A DNA stretch of 63,618 bases, counting the filler, from a bacterium (GTDB lineage Bacteria; JALSQH01): assembly GCA_026985515.1 (NCBI GenBank). It is 11 parts of 11 records of this genome, joined end to end, with 100 filler letters (N's around TTAATTAATTAA, not from the genome) between each part and the next. Parts side by side here need not be neighbours in the genome. Positions count along the whole stretch, not along the records: positions 1 to 3,046 come from JALSQH010000130.1; positions 3,147 to 6,179 come from JALSQH010000131.1; positions 6,280 to 18,152 come from JALSQH010000132.1; 8 more parts are not named here. One strand, 5' to 3'. The notes beneath the pieces were generated by a model. It made no database searches, was not told where the DNA came from, and saw nothing but the letters and a program-made list of their open reading frames with translations. The translations under genes were made by a program, and so were the position numbers. Positions 1 to 10,373 of the stretch are shown piece after piece (within the stretch, counting starts at the first letter, position 1; the number at the start of each line of letters is the position of its first letter).

Positions 1-2
1 TT

Positions 3-788
3 CCCAGACAGCATGGCACATGGTTCATATTCACCACCGCATACATAATGGGACAATTTATTTACAGCCTTCCTTTAAATTTATCATTTCTTCTCTTTGG
101 AGGGATGTTCTTTCTCATCTTCGCCCAGAACAGCATGACACTCTGGGTAAAAGAACTGAAAAAGAAGAAAAATGGAAAATCTTTTCTGATATTGGCCCTT
201 ATCTACATTGCAATAGCATCTATTCCATCCCTTTATCTCATTTTAACATACCATCGCTATGGCCTGCTGATCTTCGCAGCAGTTGTTGGAGTGGTGGCAA
301 TCTATTCTCTTTACCTTTCCTATACGGGTAAAGAACTATCTGTCACTGCTGAAGTGGTGAACATAATGGTTCTTTCAACTGTGGTTCCTGCCATTGGTTA
401 CGTAAAAAAGGGAAGTTTTGATCTCTCCACAGGGGCAATATGGGTCGCCACCTCTCTCTTCTATCTGGGAAGCATATTCAGGGTAAGATACCTCGTCAGA
501 GACAGAAAAATCCTTGCTGAAGCATTACCACAGAGATTCAGGGCAAACATCAATTCCCTCATCTACCACACTCTCTCCTACCTGATCATTATCTTTTTCT
601 CCATGAATGGACTCCTCCCCCGTCTCATGATAATCGCCTTTTTACCAACATACATCCGGGCAATTTACATCATTATACGCAGATATGAAAAACCTCCCTC
701 TGTTGTCAGGATCGGATGGTCCGAAGTTTTTAACAGCGTAACTTTCGTCATTCTCGCCATTATATCCTATCACGGTCTGAGAAAATGA
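3..788 (+). CDS. YwiC-like membrane protein (5'-truncated)
   Basis: Frame is open from nt 3 and reads PRQHGTWFIF, the PxQHGxW N-terminal motif of YwiC-like proteins. Multiple TM segments; ends with IGWSE. Confidence 0.7.
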   Translation, partial: PRQHGTWFIFTTAYIMGQFIYSLPLNLSFLLFGGMFFLIFAQNSMTLWVKELKKKKNGKSFLILALIYIAIASIPSLYLILTYHRYGLLIFAAVVGVVAIYSLYLSYTGKELSVTAEVVNIMVLSTVVPAIGYVKKGSFDLSTGAIWVATSLFYLGSIFRVRYLVRDRKILAEALPQRFRANINSLIYHTLSYLIIIFFSMNGLLPRLMIIAFLPTYIRAIYIIIRRYEKPPSVVRIGWSEVFNSVTFVILAIISYHGLRK

Positions 789-2608
789 ACTGGGAAGAGA
801 AGCTCCAGGAAGTACCCCACCAGCCAGGAGTTTACATTTTCAAAAACAGTGAAGGCAGAGTAATTTATGTGGGAAAGGCAAGAGACCTGCGAAAGAGGCT
901 TTCTTCCTACAGGTCTGGAAAAGATTCAAGACCTCTTTTACCCTTCCTTCTAAAAGATATAACTGACTTTGAATACATCGTTACAACCAATGAAACTGAG
1001 GCATTTCTTCTGGAAGACACCCTCATAAAAAAACACAAACCCCTCTATAACATCAGACTGAGAGATGATAAAACTTATGTCAGCCTGGAAATCACAATTA
1101 AAGATAAATTTCCTGGCATCTACATAATTCGAAGAAAACCGAGGAAGAAGGGGAGTCTTGTCTTCGGTCCCTATTCTTCTGCATCATCTGTCAGACAATC
1201 ACTCCGCTACATCCTCAGGGTTTTCCCAGTGAGAACCTGTACGGATACCCAGATGAAAATGCACCAGTCTCGTCCCTGCATCTACTATCAGATTAAAAGA
1301 TGCTCTGCTCCCTGCACAGGCTATGTCACAGAGGAGGAGTACTCAAAATATGTAAAGGGATTGATAAATTTCCTTGAAGGAAAAGGTGACAGAATAGTTG
1401 AAGAACTGAAGAAAAAAGTTGAAGAATATGCCGAGAAGATGGAATTTGAAAAAGCTATAGAATACAGGGACAGGTTAAAAGCCCTTGAAAAAGTACTCAC
1501 CCGTCAGGCGGTTGTGGTAAACAAAAATCTGAACGCCGACTATATCAGCTGGGCATACAAAGATGGTCACATGGTGATCTCAAGGGTGGTCGTAAGAGGT
1601 GGAAGACTGGTTGACAGTGAAAATTTCTCCCACTATCCCGTGGTAAACATGGGAGAAGAAATTGGCAACTATATCTACCAGTTTTACAGACTTGCAGGAA
1701 ATCCGCCACCTGTGATCTACTCAGAACAATTTGAAGGAATAGAGGTTCTGAGAGAACTTCTCCTCTCCCTTGATACGCCCATTGAGGTGAAAACATCAGT
1801 GAGGGGAGTAAACAGGGATCTGCTGGCTCTGGCTACAAAGAATGCCCAAACCTACCTTGAAAATGTTGCACTCAGGGAAAGCAAACTGAAGATTCTTGAA
1901 AAGATAAAAACAAAATTTGGACTGAAAAAACTTCCTGTAAGAATAGAATGCATAGATATTTCAGAGCTGGGAGGGAAAGAGGCAGTGGGAAGTATGGTTA
2001 CCTTCATAAATGGTGAACCTGAGAAAAGTGAATACAGGAGATACAGAATCAAAAGCGTTTCGGGTATTGACGACTTCGGAATGATCAGGGAAGTTTTAAC
2101 CAGAAGACTGGGGGAAGAAAGGGAACTTCCCGACCTTCTCCTCATTGATGGTGGAAAAGGACAGCTATCCGTCGCTGAAAAAGTTGTGAAGGAATTTGGC
2201 CTGGAAAATGAAATAGATCTCCTTGCCATCGCCAAAGACAGGGGAACGGGGAAAGGGGAAAGAATTTTCAAATATGGAAGGGTTAATCCCCTTAAACTCA
2301 AGCCAGGAACAGAGGAATTCAGATTGCTCACATACATAAGAAATGAGGCTCATCGATTTGCTGTCAGCTACAACAGGTTACTGAGAAAGAAAAATCTCAA
2401 AAGTGTTCTCCTGAACATACGGGGGATCGGACATAGGAGAGCCGAACTGCTATGGCGGAATTTTTCCTCCCTTGAAGAAATCGCAGAAAATCCCGAAAGG
2501 GTTGCAGAAGTACTTAAAATCCCGGAAGAAAAGGCCAGAGAAATCTGTCAAGAGATTTCGCAGATTATCTCCTCTCCTCCCCCTGAAATTCACGAATCAG
2601 GGACATGA
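785..2608 (+). CDS. uvrC: Excinuclease ABC subunit C
   Basis: GIY-YIG (PGVYIF..YVGKA), Cys-rich region, UVR domain, RNase H-like endonuclease (IECIDIS, LIDGGKGQ, RNEAHRFA) and HhH. Confidence 0.97.
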   Translation: MNWEEKLQEVPHQPGVYIFKNSEGRVIYVGKARDLRKRLSSYRSGKDSRPLLPFLLKDITDFEYIVTTNETEAFLLEDTLIKKHKPLYNIRLRDDKTYVSLEITIKDKFPGIYIIRRKPRKKGSLVFGPYSSASSVRQSLRYILRVFPVRTCTDTQMKMHQSRPCIYYQIKRCSAPCTGYVTEEEYSKYVKGLINFLEGKGDRIVEELKKKVEEYAEKMEFEKAIEYRDRLKALEKVLTRQAVVVNKNLNADYISWAYKDGHMVISRVVVRGGRLVDSENFSHYPVVNMGEEIGNYIYQFYRLAGNPPPVIYSEQFEGIEVLRELLLSLDTPIEVKTSVRGVNRDLLALATKNAQTYLENVALRESKLKILEKIKTKFGLKKLPVRIECIDISELGGKEAVGSMVTFINGEPEKSEYRRYRIKSVSGIDDFGMIREVLTRRLGEERELPDLLLIDGGKGQLSVAEKVVKEFGLENEIDLLAIAKDRGTGKGERIFKYGRVNPLKLKPGTEEFRLLTYIRNEAHRFAVSYNRLLRKKNLKSVLLNIRGIGHRRAELLWRNFSSLEEIAENPERVAEVLKIPEEKAREICQEISQIISSPPPEIHESGT

Positions 2609-3046
2609 GAAGCTTATCATCAATATCAGATTTCCCGAGAATCCCCCTCGCCTTTAAAAGGTCCACTATCCTCAAAGGATATGGCCAGGGTAGTTTTTCA
2701 AGTAAAAAATCAAGTGATGATTCAAAAAGAGGCACACCTGCAAACTTCAGATATCTCCTCAGAATACCCTTTTTCAACTCATATGGCGGTTGAGGAAGAT
2801 AAAAGAACTCTTTCTCCCCTTTGTATGAATCAACAATTCTTCTTAATTTCGCATTTTCACAGTCTCCTCTGCAGGTTACAACATACGACCCATCAAAAAA
2901 CTCCTTGGAAACAATACTCCTGACCCTTTCCACAGCATCTTCTGAATAAAAATTCACATTTTCAAAGATAATCAGGTCGCCACTTACATCATCCAGAGCC
3001 ATACCTGGAGTGACAATCATAACCTCTCCTCTGTCACGCACACTAT
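2565..3046 (-). CDS. DnaA/Hda-like AAA+ C-terminal fragment, degenerate (5'-truncated at linker)
   Basis: LIIFENVNFY (Walker B-like), YVVTC and PQPPYELKKGILRR..GVPLFESSLDFL resemble the DnaA domain III lid. Confidence 0.4.
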
Positions 3047-3146
3047 NNNNNNNNNNNNNNNNNNNNNNNNNNNNNNNNNNNNNNNNNNNNTTAATTAATT
3101 AANNNNNNNNNNNNNNNNNNNNNNNNNNNNNNNNNNNNNNNNNNNN
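3047..3146. other. Artificial contig/scaffold linker
   Basis: 44 N + TTAATTAATTAA (stops in six frames) + 44 N. Confidence 0.99.
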
Positions 3147-3695
3147 AGCACTTCCAAGATGAAATCCCCCGATTACTGCATACAGATTTCTCTTGAGGTT
3201 ATTAACTGCTTTCTCCGCCAGTCTTGAAATGCCTGGATGACTGCATCCGGCAAGTAGAATAATCCCCTCCTTTACAACAATTGCCAGTGCCTCTTCCCAT
3301 GGTGGTCCATAGAGGGGAGCTGTAACAAATATTGATTGAGCAACCTGAATTGTTCTGGTTACCAGAATTATCTTTCTGCCAAGTTTTTTTACCAGTTGAG
3401 GAATGGTTGAGGAACCTCCCGATGGGTAATAAATCACAAAGTTTTTGTTTCTCGCAATTTTCAATATGTAGGTCAGTCCGCCTGTGTGATCAAAGTGTTC
3501 GTGGGAGAAGGCAAGGAAGTTTATATCTGAAAGATCAATTCCAAGTTTTTTTGAATTGAATTCAAGGGCACCCGTGTCAGGTCCCGTATCCCACAGGAAC
3601 TTCACATTGCTGTATTCCCCATATATGCTCAATCCCCATGGATTTTTAAACCCGTTAAAAGGATGATTATCAACAACCACTGCAAGTTTCATCAT
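3147..3695 (-). CDS. MBL-fold metallo-hydrolase (3'-truncated)
   Basis: WGLS, DTG, SHEHFDHTGG, GCSHPG and GGFHL motifs. Confidence 0.88.
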
Positions 3696-3771
3696 AAAAT
3701 AATTATAGCCTTTTCTTGAATTTTGGGGAAATATGGGTTAACATTCTCTAAAAAGGTAAAGGAGTTGGATT

Positions 3772-5721
3772 ATGAAAAGGGTGGTGACAACATTGCTTCT
3801 CCTTGCTCTGATAATCACTGCAGGATGTAAGAAGAGTGAGAAAAGCAGCGAAGTTAAAACTCCATATTTTCTCCAGCTTAAAAGCGGGGATAAGGTAAAG
3901 ATTCTTAAAACCTATGGTAACTCTTTTCTCGGCCAGATAGATACCTCCTATGGGCCTGTCTACATACTCAGGGTGACAGGTAATCACTACCAGATGGGTT
4001 ACGCCTACGGTAGACTGGCCGGGTATATGATTCCTGGAATATGGTGGACCTTTGTAAATTATCTGAGTTCCCAGGCAGAGCAGGTGGAGAGAGGTATAAA
4101 TGTAAGCATGGGAATGGTGAGCACACTTCTTGGAAGGATCCTTGATGAAGCCTGGAAGCACATGGAACCTTATGTCCCTCCATATTTTATGGATGAAATA
4201 AGGGGGATTCAGGATGGTGCCAGGGATGCGGGCTATAAAAATGAGTATATGGTAAATGGAGAATACTACAGTGACCCAGATGTGGATTTTGCAACCATGG
4301 TAAAGAGAATCATTGCCATCAGCAATATTTCAGATATATCTGAAGATGACATAATGGAGATGTTGAAGGTTATTGTGAGGGGTTATTCAGAAAAATACGC
4401 AGAGTATTTTCACTTACTCACAGCAGTAACATTCTCTCCCTCTGAAAGAGAGTTAATGGAATCAGTTGCTTCTTCACCTTTCTCCCTTCTGCCTGTTCCG
4501 CGAATTTTTCACAATTGCAGTTTCTTTGCTGCCTATAACTATCTCACTGAAGGTGGTCACATGATAGCAAGCAGAAATCTTGACTGGAGTAATGGAAGTG
4601 GAATTGCGAAATTTAAAACCCTTACCATATGGGTACCTGAGAAGGGTGTCCCCCATATGACAATAGGGTATACCGGCTTCATCGGTGCTCTTGCAGGATT
4701 CAATGCAGCGGGAATAGGGCTTGGTGAGGTTGGCTCCGGCAGTGTTCTGGAACGCCTTGATGGAGAACCATGGGTTTTGAAGTTCAGGGATATTCTCCAG
4801 AATGCCCATAATCTTGACGAAGCTCTTTCATATGCTCTGAACAGGGCTCCAGATGGTTTCAACAGACCTCCAACCATCGGGTATAACTGGATGATTGCCT
4901 ATGGTGATCCTGATGGAAATGGAGCAGGAGCTGAAGTTGCCAATCTTGAGAATAATGGAATTTTCACAGGAGTGTACAGGAGAAAACCTGATTGCTCAGT
5001 CGAGGCATCTCTGATTGAGTTTGGACCCGATGGCAGGATATTCAGAATTTTCACTCACAGAGACCATCCCTTTCTTGTGAACTATGAGGGACAGGCTGTG
5101 GAAATAATGCTGGGAAACAGGAAGTATCCACTGAATATAACTGATATTCCTGCAGATTATGTTTTTCCTGAGACAAAACCTGTTGTCATGATTGGTGGCA
5201 GGTACAGGTACTATCCAGGTGGAGCAAGTCTCGTTGTGGGAAGGCCAATAACATGTGCGGTGTTCAGAGGAGATGAAATGATGATTCATGGTATGAGAAT
5301 GTGGCAGACTGCCGCCAGCGGTCCTTGGACATATGACAATGGAAAGCCTGTCCAGGACCTCGACAGATTACTTTACTATGCGGGATCCTACAATGGCAGG
5401 TATATGAGAATGTACAGAGCCATCTACGCCTATTCACATGGCATAGAGTACAGGGGCACAGATGATATAACAGGGAAAGAGAAGATAATTGTGCCCGATA
5501 ATGGAGGGAAGCTTCTTAAAATAGGTCTTGATGAGGGAGCAAATATAGCCAGCTGGGCTGCAATGCACTGTTGCAATGTTATATCCGTGGCGTATGATCT
5601 CACTGCTCTTAAGGCAAAAATAGCCTACGAAACTGGCACGGGCAGTTCCTGGAAGAATGCCGCTGATAATGAGTACCATCTTTTTGACCTGAGAGAACTG
5701 ATAAACCTGAAATTAAGGTGA
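3772..5721 (+). CDS. C45-family Ntn-hydrolase/peptidase, lipoprotein
   Basis: Lipobox ITAGC; G..YQMGYAYG; autoprocessing HN|CSFFAA; SRNLDW; GFNAAGI. Confidence 0.75.
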   Translation: MKRVVTTLLLLALIITAGCKKSEKSSEVKTPYFLQLKSGDKVKILKTYGNSFLGQIDTSYGPVYILRVTGNHYQMGYAYGRLAGYMIPGIWWTFVNYLSSQAEQVERGINVSMGMVSTLLGRILDEAWKHMEPYVPPYFMDEIRGIQDGARDAGYKNEYMVNGEYYSDPDVDFATMVKRIIAISNISDISEDDIMEMLKVIVRGYSEKYAEYFHLLTAVTFSPSERELMESVASSPFSLLPVPRIFHNCSFFAAYNYLTEGGHMIASRNLDWSNGSGIAKFKTLTIWVPEKGVPHMTIGYTGFIGALAGFNAAGIGLGEVGSGSVLERLDGEPWVLKFRDILQNAHNLDEALSYALNRAPDGFNRPPTIGYNWMIAYGDPDGNGAGAEVANLENNGIFTGVYRRKPDCSVEASLIEFGPDGRIFRIFTHRDHPFLVNYEGQAVEIMLGNRKYPLNITDIPADYVFPETKPVVMIGGRYRYYPGGASLVVGRPITCAVFRGDEMMIHGMRMWQTAASGPWTYDNGKPVQDLDRLLYYAGSYNGRYMRMYRAIYAYSHGIEYRGTDDITGKEKIIVPDNGGKLLKIGLDEGANIASWAAMHCCNVISVAYDLTALKAKIAYETGTGSSWKNAADNEYHLFDLRELINLKLR

Positions 5722-5725
5722 GAAA

Positions 5726-6179
5726 ATGAAGGTCAAAGGCGTGTCGCTCATTCTTCTACTGATGATAGTGGCTTATCCCCTGAGGGGGTATTACCAGTTC
5801 ATTCCTTCTGTTAAATACACTTACGGAAATAATCTTTACGATTTCAGTTCCCTCATGGATGATGAGGAGGGATATGGTGAGTTGATTCTGAAATTCTGGT
5901 GGAAGCAGAAGAAGGGGAATTTTTTATTCAGAGGTGATATGTATGGTTCCATTTTGCTCAATGGAAATGGCAAATTATACAGGAATACCTCTCCTTTTCA
6001 ACACATGTGGAGATACACCCCACCCGAATTATCCCGGGGAAACTCTCTTGACATTAAACTGGCTGTGGGTGAGCTTTCTTTCGGTCTGAAAAAAAGCAGA
6101 TTGGAAGCCTATGTCGGATTGATCCCATTTACCCAGTCTCTGCTCAGTTTCTCGGATTCCCTTTTTGGAACCTTGCTGA
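5726..6179 (+). CDS. Secreted/outer-membrane hypothetical protein (3'-truncated)
   Basis: Signal peptide and aromatic-rich amphipathic strands; starts 4 nt after the C45 gene. Confidence 0.5.
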
Positions 6180-6279
6180 NNNNNNNNNNNNNNNNNNNNN
6201 NNNNNNNNNNNNNNNNNNNNNNNTTAATTAATTAANNNNNNNNNNNNNNNNNNNNNNNNNNNNNNNNNNNNNNNNNNNN
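6180..6279. other. Artificial linker
   Basis: N44-TTAATTAATTAA-N44. Confidence 0.99.
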
Positions 6280-6280
6280 C

Positions 6281-7429
6281 CTTGAAAAGGAAGTGATGCT
6301 TGCATTTCTCCCATGGACACACTCCTTTGGAAGAACTGTGGATCTCTATCTTGGAGCCTACCATGGTGAGGGGATAATGGCCATTGCCGAGAGTATTCAA
6401 AAGGTTCCGGAGAACATACAGGAGATAAAGCCCACAATGTTTGCCTCTGTGCCCAGAATTTTTGAAAAAATTTACACAAAAATAATTTCAGAGGTTGAAC
6501 AGGGTCCTGCTCTGAAGAAGAAGATCTTCTACTGGGCTCTCAATGTGGGAAGGAAGTGGGCGAAGTACAATCTGGAGGGTAAGCCTGTATCCTTTCTCCT
6601 TGAGATTCAGAGATCCATTGCTGATAAACTGGTTTTCTCCAAGGTGAGGGAAGCCCTTGGAGGAAGATTAAAATTTACCGCCTCCGGTGGTGGTCCTCTT
6701 TCCAAAGAACTGGGTGAAATTTTCTATGCCATGGGAATTAAGATTATTGAAGGTTATGGATTAACAGAAACTTCACCAGTTGTGACTGTCAATCCTCCCG
6801 ACAGGCCCAAGTATGGATCCATTGGAAAACCCATTCCAGGTGCCCAGCTCAAGATTGCGGAGGATGGGGAAATTCTCATAAAGGGTCCCATGGTTATGAA
6901 GGGTTATTACAACAAGCCTGAGGCTACCAGAGAGGCAATTGATGAAGAAGGCTGGTTCCATTCTGGTGATATTGGTAGAGTGGATGAAGAGGGTTATTAC
7001 TACATAACTGACAGGAAGAAGGATATTATTGTAACTGCTGGTGGAAAGAATATTGCCCCACAGCCAATTGAAAACAAGTTGAAGTTGAACAGATTCATTG
7101 AACAGGTTGTGGTTATCGGTGACAGGAGACCATACTGTGTGGCTTTAATACAGCCAGATTTTGAGGAATTGAAAGCTTATGCCCAGGAGAAAGGGATAAG
7201 TTATACCGATATCAAGGAGTTGCTTGATAAACCAGAAGTAAGAAATCTCTTTCAGGAAGCGGTTGATGAGGTAAATAAAGACCTGCCAAGGTATTCAACC
7301 ATCAAAAAGTTTGAGCTCATTCCTGAGCCTCTTACCCCTGAATCTGGTGAACTCACACCTACTCTCAAGGTTAAGAGGTGGAGAGTGGAAGAGAAATACA
7401 GAGATCTTGTGGAAAAGATGTATTCTTGA
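6281..7429 (+). CDS. Long-chain fatty acid--CoA ligase (5'-truncated)
   Basis: FLPWTH, VPRIFEK, SGGGPL, EGYGLTETSP, GWFHSGDIG and ITDRKKDIIVTAGGKNIAPQPIE. Confidence 0.93.
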   Translation, partial: LEKEVMLAFLPWTHSFGRTVDLYLGAYHGEGIMAIAESIQKVPENIQEIKPTMFASVPRIFEKIYTKIISEVEQGPALKKKIFYWALNVGRKWAKYNLEGKPVSFLLEIQRSIADKLVFSKVREALGGRLKFTASGGGPLSKELGEIFYAMGIKIIEGYGLTETSPVVTVNPPDRPKYGSIGKPIPGAQLKIAEDGEILIKGPMVMKGYYNKPEATREAIDEEGWFHSGDIGRVDEEGYYYITDRKKDIIVTAGGKNIAPQPIENKLKLNRFIEQVVVIGDRRPYCVALIQPDFEELKAYAQEKGISYTDIKELLDKPEVRNLFQEAVDEVNKDLPRYSTIKKFELIPEPLTPESGELTPTLKVKRWRVEEKYRDLVEKMYS

Positions 7430-7430
7430 T

Positions 7431-7456
7431 AGGGGGATTTCATCCCCCTTTTTTTT
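7431..7456 (+). terminator. Rho-independent terminator
   Basis: AGGGGGAT-TTC-ATCCCCCT followed by a T-run, directly after the ligase stop codon. Confidence 0.85.
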
Positions 7457-8423
7457 ATGGGTATACGAAGTTCACTTTTATACCTGAAGTAACTGTGATT
7501 TTGCTCCACTCTTCTGGATGAAAAAGTTCTCCATCGATTATAAATCCTTCATCAGTTTCAATGGTCATTTTCTTTCCTGCCCCCATCCAGTGATAGCCTG
7601 AGAATTCATATCTGACCAGGTCAAAGCCCCATAGGAGGTTGTGGGCATTTCGAAGAGCGGTGAAAATATCAAGATCGCTCACAATATAGTAAAATTCCAT
7701 ACGATTTTTTGAAACTTTTCTGAAGGGAGTAAGGGTTGGAAAGGGTTCCGAGATGGAGGTGGCTACAGCTGCCTTGACCGTTTCCGACGGGAAGGGGATT
7801 CCATCAATTATTACCTTTGCCCTGATAGGTTCAATGAGCTCTCTGTACTCTTTCACATTCATTGCAATTCCACCGATTGTCTGCATTATTTCCTTCAGAA
7901 CCCATCTTATTCCGGGCTTTCCATATTGAAGATACCTTTCAATAAATCTGAGAATTGTGCCGTTGGCAAAAGTGATACCATACTGGGGATGTTCCAGCTG
8001 ATCACCTTCCACCTTTAAGAGTGCTATTTCAATGAGGTCAACCTCATTTTTCATAAATTTTTTCATGAATCTTTTCACAATAGTTGCAGGATTGTAAGCC
8101 CTTGCACTGAGAAACCTGACCATTGCATTTGTGGATCCGCCGGTCAGAGGGATAATATTGGGGAGATCTTCATCTCTTTTCTGTCTTATCCATTCAGTGA
8201 TAACTTTCTGAATTGTTCCATCACCACCATTTATTCCAAGATAGGAGATCTCCTTTTCTATGAAGTAGGAAACGGCGTTTCTCATCTCTGCAAGGGAGGC
8301 GGTATCTATTACTTCTCCCCATTCTCCCAGCAGAGGCTGAAGCACATTTTTGGAAAATCTACCTTTTTTGTTTTTTGAAGAGTTGAGATTTGTGATGATG
8401 CCGATACATTCTTTTTTACCCAT
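7455..8423 (-). CDS. Diacylglycerol/sphingosine kinase family protein (paralog 1)
   Basis: IITNLNS, GINGGDGT, IIPLTGGSTN and IDGE. Start taken at ATG 8423 (GGAG RBS); the ORF extends to 8438. Confidence 0.8.
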   Translation of the reverse strand: MGKKECIGIITNLNSSKNKKGRFSKNVLQPLLGEWGEVIDTASLAEMRNAVSYFIEKEISYLGINGGDGTIQKVITEWIRQKRDEDLPNIIPLTGGSTNAMVRFLSARAYNPATIVKRFMKKFMKNEVDLIEIALLKVEGDQLEHPQYGITFANGTILRFIERYLQYGKPGIRWVLKEIMQTIGGIAMNVKEYRELIEPIRAKVIIDGIPFPSETVKAAVATSISEPFPTLTPFRKVSKNRMEFYYIVSDLDIFTALRNAHNLLWGFDLVRYEFSGYHWMGAGKKMTIETDEGFIIDGELFHPEEWSKITVTSGIKVNFVYP

Positions 8424-8544
8424 TCTCCGGCTCTCCATTTGAGATTGAATTTATTATATCACAGGAAGGATGATTGCAAAATTTCCAGCCTTTACCCTTC
8501 CTTTTGCATTTGTGGTATAATAAACTCCAAAACGGAGACGAGAG

Positions 8545-9744
8545 ATGATTGATTTCAGCAGACTGGTAACGGGTAAAATTCAGCCTGGGGATGAGCTCAG
8601 GTATAGGAGAAAGGGGAAAACCCCCCATTATCTTCTGCGGTATGAGAAGAATGCCAGACCCATAGTTGTGTGGAATATGACAAGGTTGTGCAACCTGAGG
8701 TGTATCCACTGCTATGCCGATGCAAAGGATAAGCCCCATCCTCTGGAACTCACTACTGAGGAAGCAAAGAGGATGATAGACGACCTTGCTGATCTTGGTG
8801 TCCCCGTTTTGCTTTTTTCCGGTGGGGAACCATATATGCGGGAGGATCTCTTTGAACTTGGAGCTTATGCAAAAGAAAAGGGGATCAGAACTGTAATTTC
8901 TTCAAATGGCACCCTCATTGACAGGGAAATGGCTAAAAAAACTAAAGAAGCCGGGTTCAGCTATGTTGGAGTTAGTCTGGATGGGGGTAACAGAGAAGTA
9001 AACGATAAATTCAGAGGTGTTAAAGGGGCCTTTGATAAGGCACTTGAGGGTATAAGAAATTTGAGGGAGGCAAAGGTAAAGGTTGGATTGAGATTCACGA
9101 TCACTGCATATAACTACCAGACAATTCAGGAACTTTTTGAACTGATGGAGAGGGAGGAAATAAATAGAATCTGTTTTTATCATCTGGTTTACTCTGGAAG
9201 GGGTAAGAAGCTTACAAGAGCTGAACTTTCACCTGAAGAAACGAGAAAAATAATTGATATGATCATTGAAAAGGTAAAAGAGCTTGATAAGAAAGGAAAG
9301 ATGATCGAAGTACTCACCGTTGATAATCATGCAGATGGTCCCTATCTTTATTTGAAGATGCTCAAAGAAGATCCGGAGAGGGCAAAACAGATCTATGAGT
9401 TGCTCAAGCTGAATGGTGGAAATGGCAGTGGAACGAGGATAGCAAACATTGACTGGCTGGGTAATGTTCATCCTGATCAGTTTTGGTGGAATCACACCCT
9501 TGGAAATGTGAAAGAGAGACCCTTCAGTGAAATATGGTATGATGAGAATAACGAATTTCTGATGAAACTCAAAGAAAAAAAGAAGTGGGTTAAAGGACGA
9601 TGTGCCAGTTGCAGATTCCTTGAAATATGTGGAGGTAATTTCAGAGCAAGGGCAGAGGCTGTCTATGGGGATCCCTGGGCACCTGATCCAGCCTGCTATC
9701 TTACCGATGAGGAAATTGGATTAAAGGGGGCGGAGGTTAAATGA
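8545..9744 (+). CDS. ahbC: Radical SAM/SPASM 12,18-didecarboxysiroheme deacetylase (NirJ1/AhbC)
   Basis: N-terminal ..DELRY..PIVVWNMTRLCNLRCIHCY, TVDNHADG, HPDQF, CGGNFRARA and DPACYL, in a heme operon. Confidence 0.9.
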   Translation: MIDFSRLVTGKIQPGDELRYRRKGKTPHYLLRYEKNARPIVVWNMTRLCNLRCIHCYADAKDKPHPLELTTEEAKRMIDDLADLGVPVLLFSGGEPYMREDLFELGAYAKEKGIRTVISSNGTLIDREMAKKTKEAGFSYVGVSLDGGNREVNDKFRGVKGAFDKALEGIRNLREAKVKVGLRFTITAYNYQTIQELFELMEREEINRICFYHLVYSGRGKKLTRAELSPEETRKIIDMIIEKVKELDKKGKMIEVLTVDNHADGPYLYLKMLKEDPERAKQIYELLKLNGGNGSGTRIANIDWLGNVHPDQFWWNHTLGNVKERPFSEIWYDENNEFLMKLKEKKKWVKGRCASCRFLEICGGNFRARAEAVYGDPWAPDPACYLTDEEIGLKGAEVK

Positions 9745-10373
9745 GTTTTTTCCCCATCTACCTGAAGGTTGATAATAAGAGCGCATTGATTGTTGGTGGT
9801 GGTAAGGTGGCAGAGAGAAAAACCTTTGATCTTCTCCAGGGAGACTCTGATGTCTATGTGATGTCTCCTTTTCTCTCTGATGGGCTTACGATGCTTTTAA
9901 AGGAGGGCAGGATTAACTGGATAGCCAGTGAGTTTGCTCCCGATGAGGTACCTGAAGATATTTTTCTCATAATAGCTGCAACTGACAGTGAAGAGGTGAA
10001 CAGGGAAATTTATAACTATGCAAAAAGCAGGAATATCCTGATAAATGTTGTGGATTCTCCCGATTTGTGTGACTTTTATGTCCCATCGGTCATAAGAAGG
10101 GGAGAAGTGACGATAGCCATCTCAACTGGTGGGAGAGCACCCTCTTTTTCCAGAGCTCTGAGGGAGTTCATTGAATCTGTACTGCCAGAGGATATTTCCA
10201 GAGCTCTTGATTTTATTAGTGATGTCAGAACAAGGTTAATGGATGCAGGTGTGTCTCAGAGGGGTAAAATTCTTCTGAAGTCTGCACGGGAAGTTATTTC
10301 AAAAATTGGAAGCGGAGAAAATCTCACAGAAGTTAAAAGGGAGATTGAAGAAAAATTGAAAGATGAAATATAA
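9741..10373 (+). CDS. sirC: Precorrin-2 dehydrogenase/sirohydrochlorin ferrochelatase (SirC/CysG-B)
   Basis: GGGKVAERK, AATD, NVVDSPDLCDFYVPS and ISTGGRAP. Confidence 0.9.
   Translation: MSFFPIYLKVDNKSALIVGGGKVAERKTFDLLQGDSDVYVMSPFLSDGLTMLLKEGRINWIASEFAPDEVPEDIFLIIAATDSEEVNREIYNYAKSRNILINVVDSPDLCDFYVPSVIRRGEVTIAISTGGRAPSFSRALREFIESVLPEDISRALDFISDVRTRLMDAGVSQRGKILLKSAREVISKIGSGENLTEVKREIEEKLKDEI

Noticed and set aside
3091..3102. TTAATTAATTAA recurring ten times as a biological repeat
   Set aside because: It is always centred in identical N-runs and is a six-frame stop linker.
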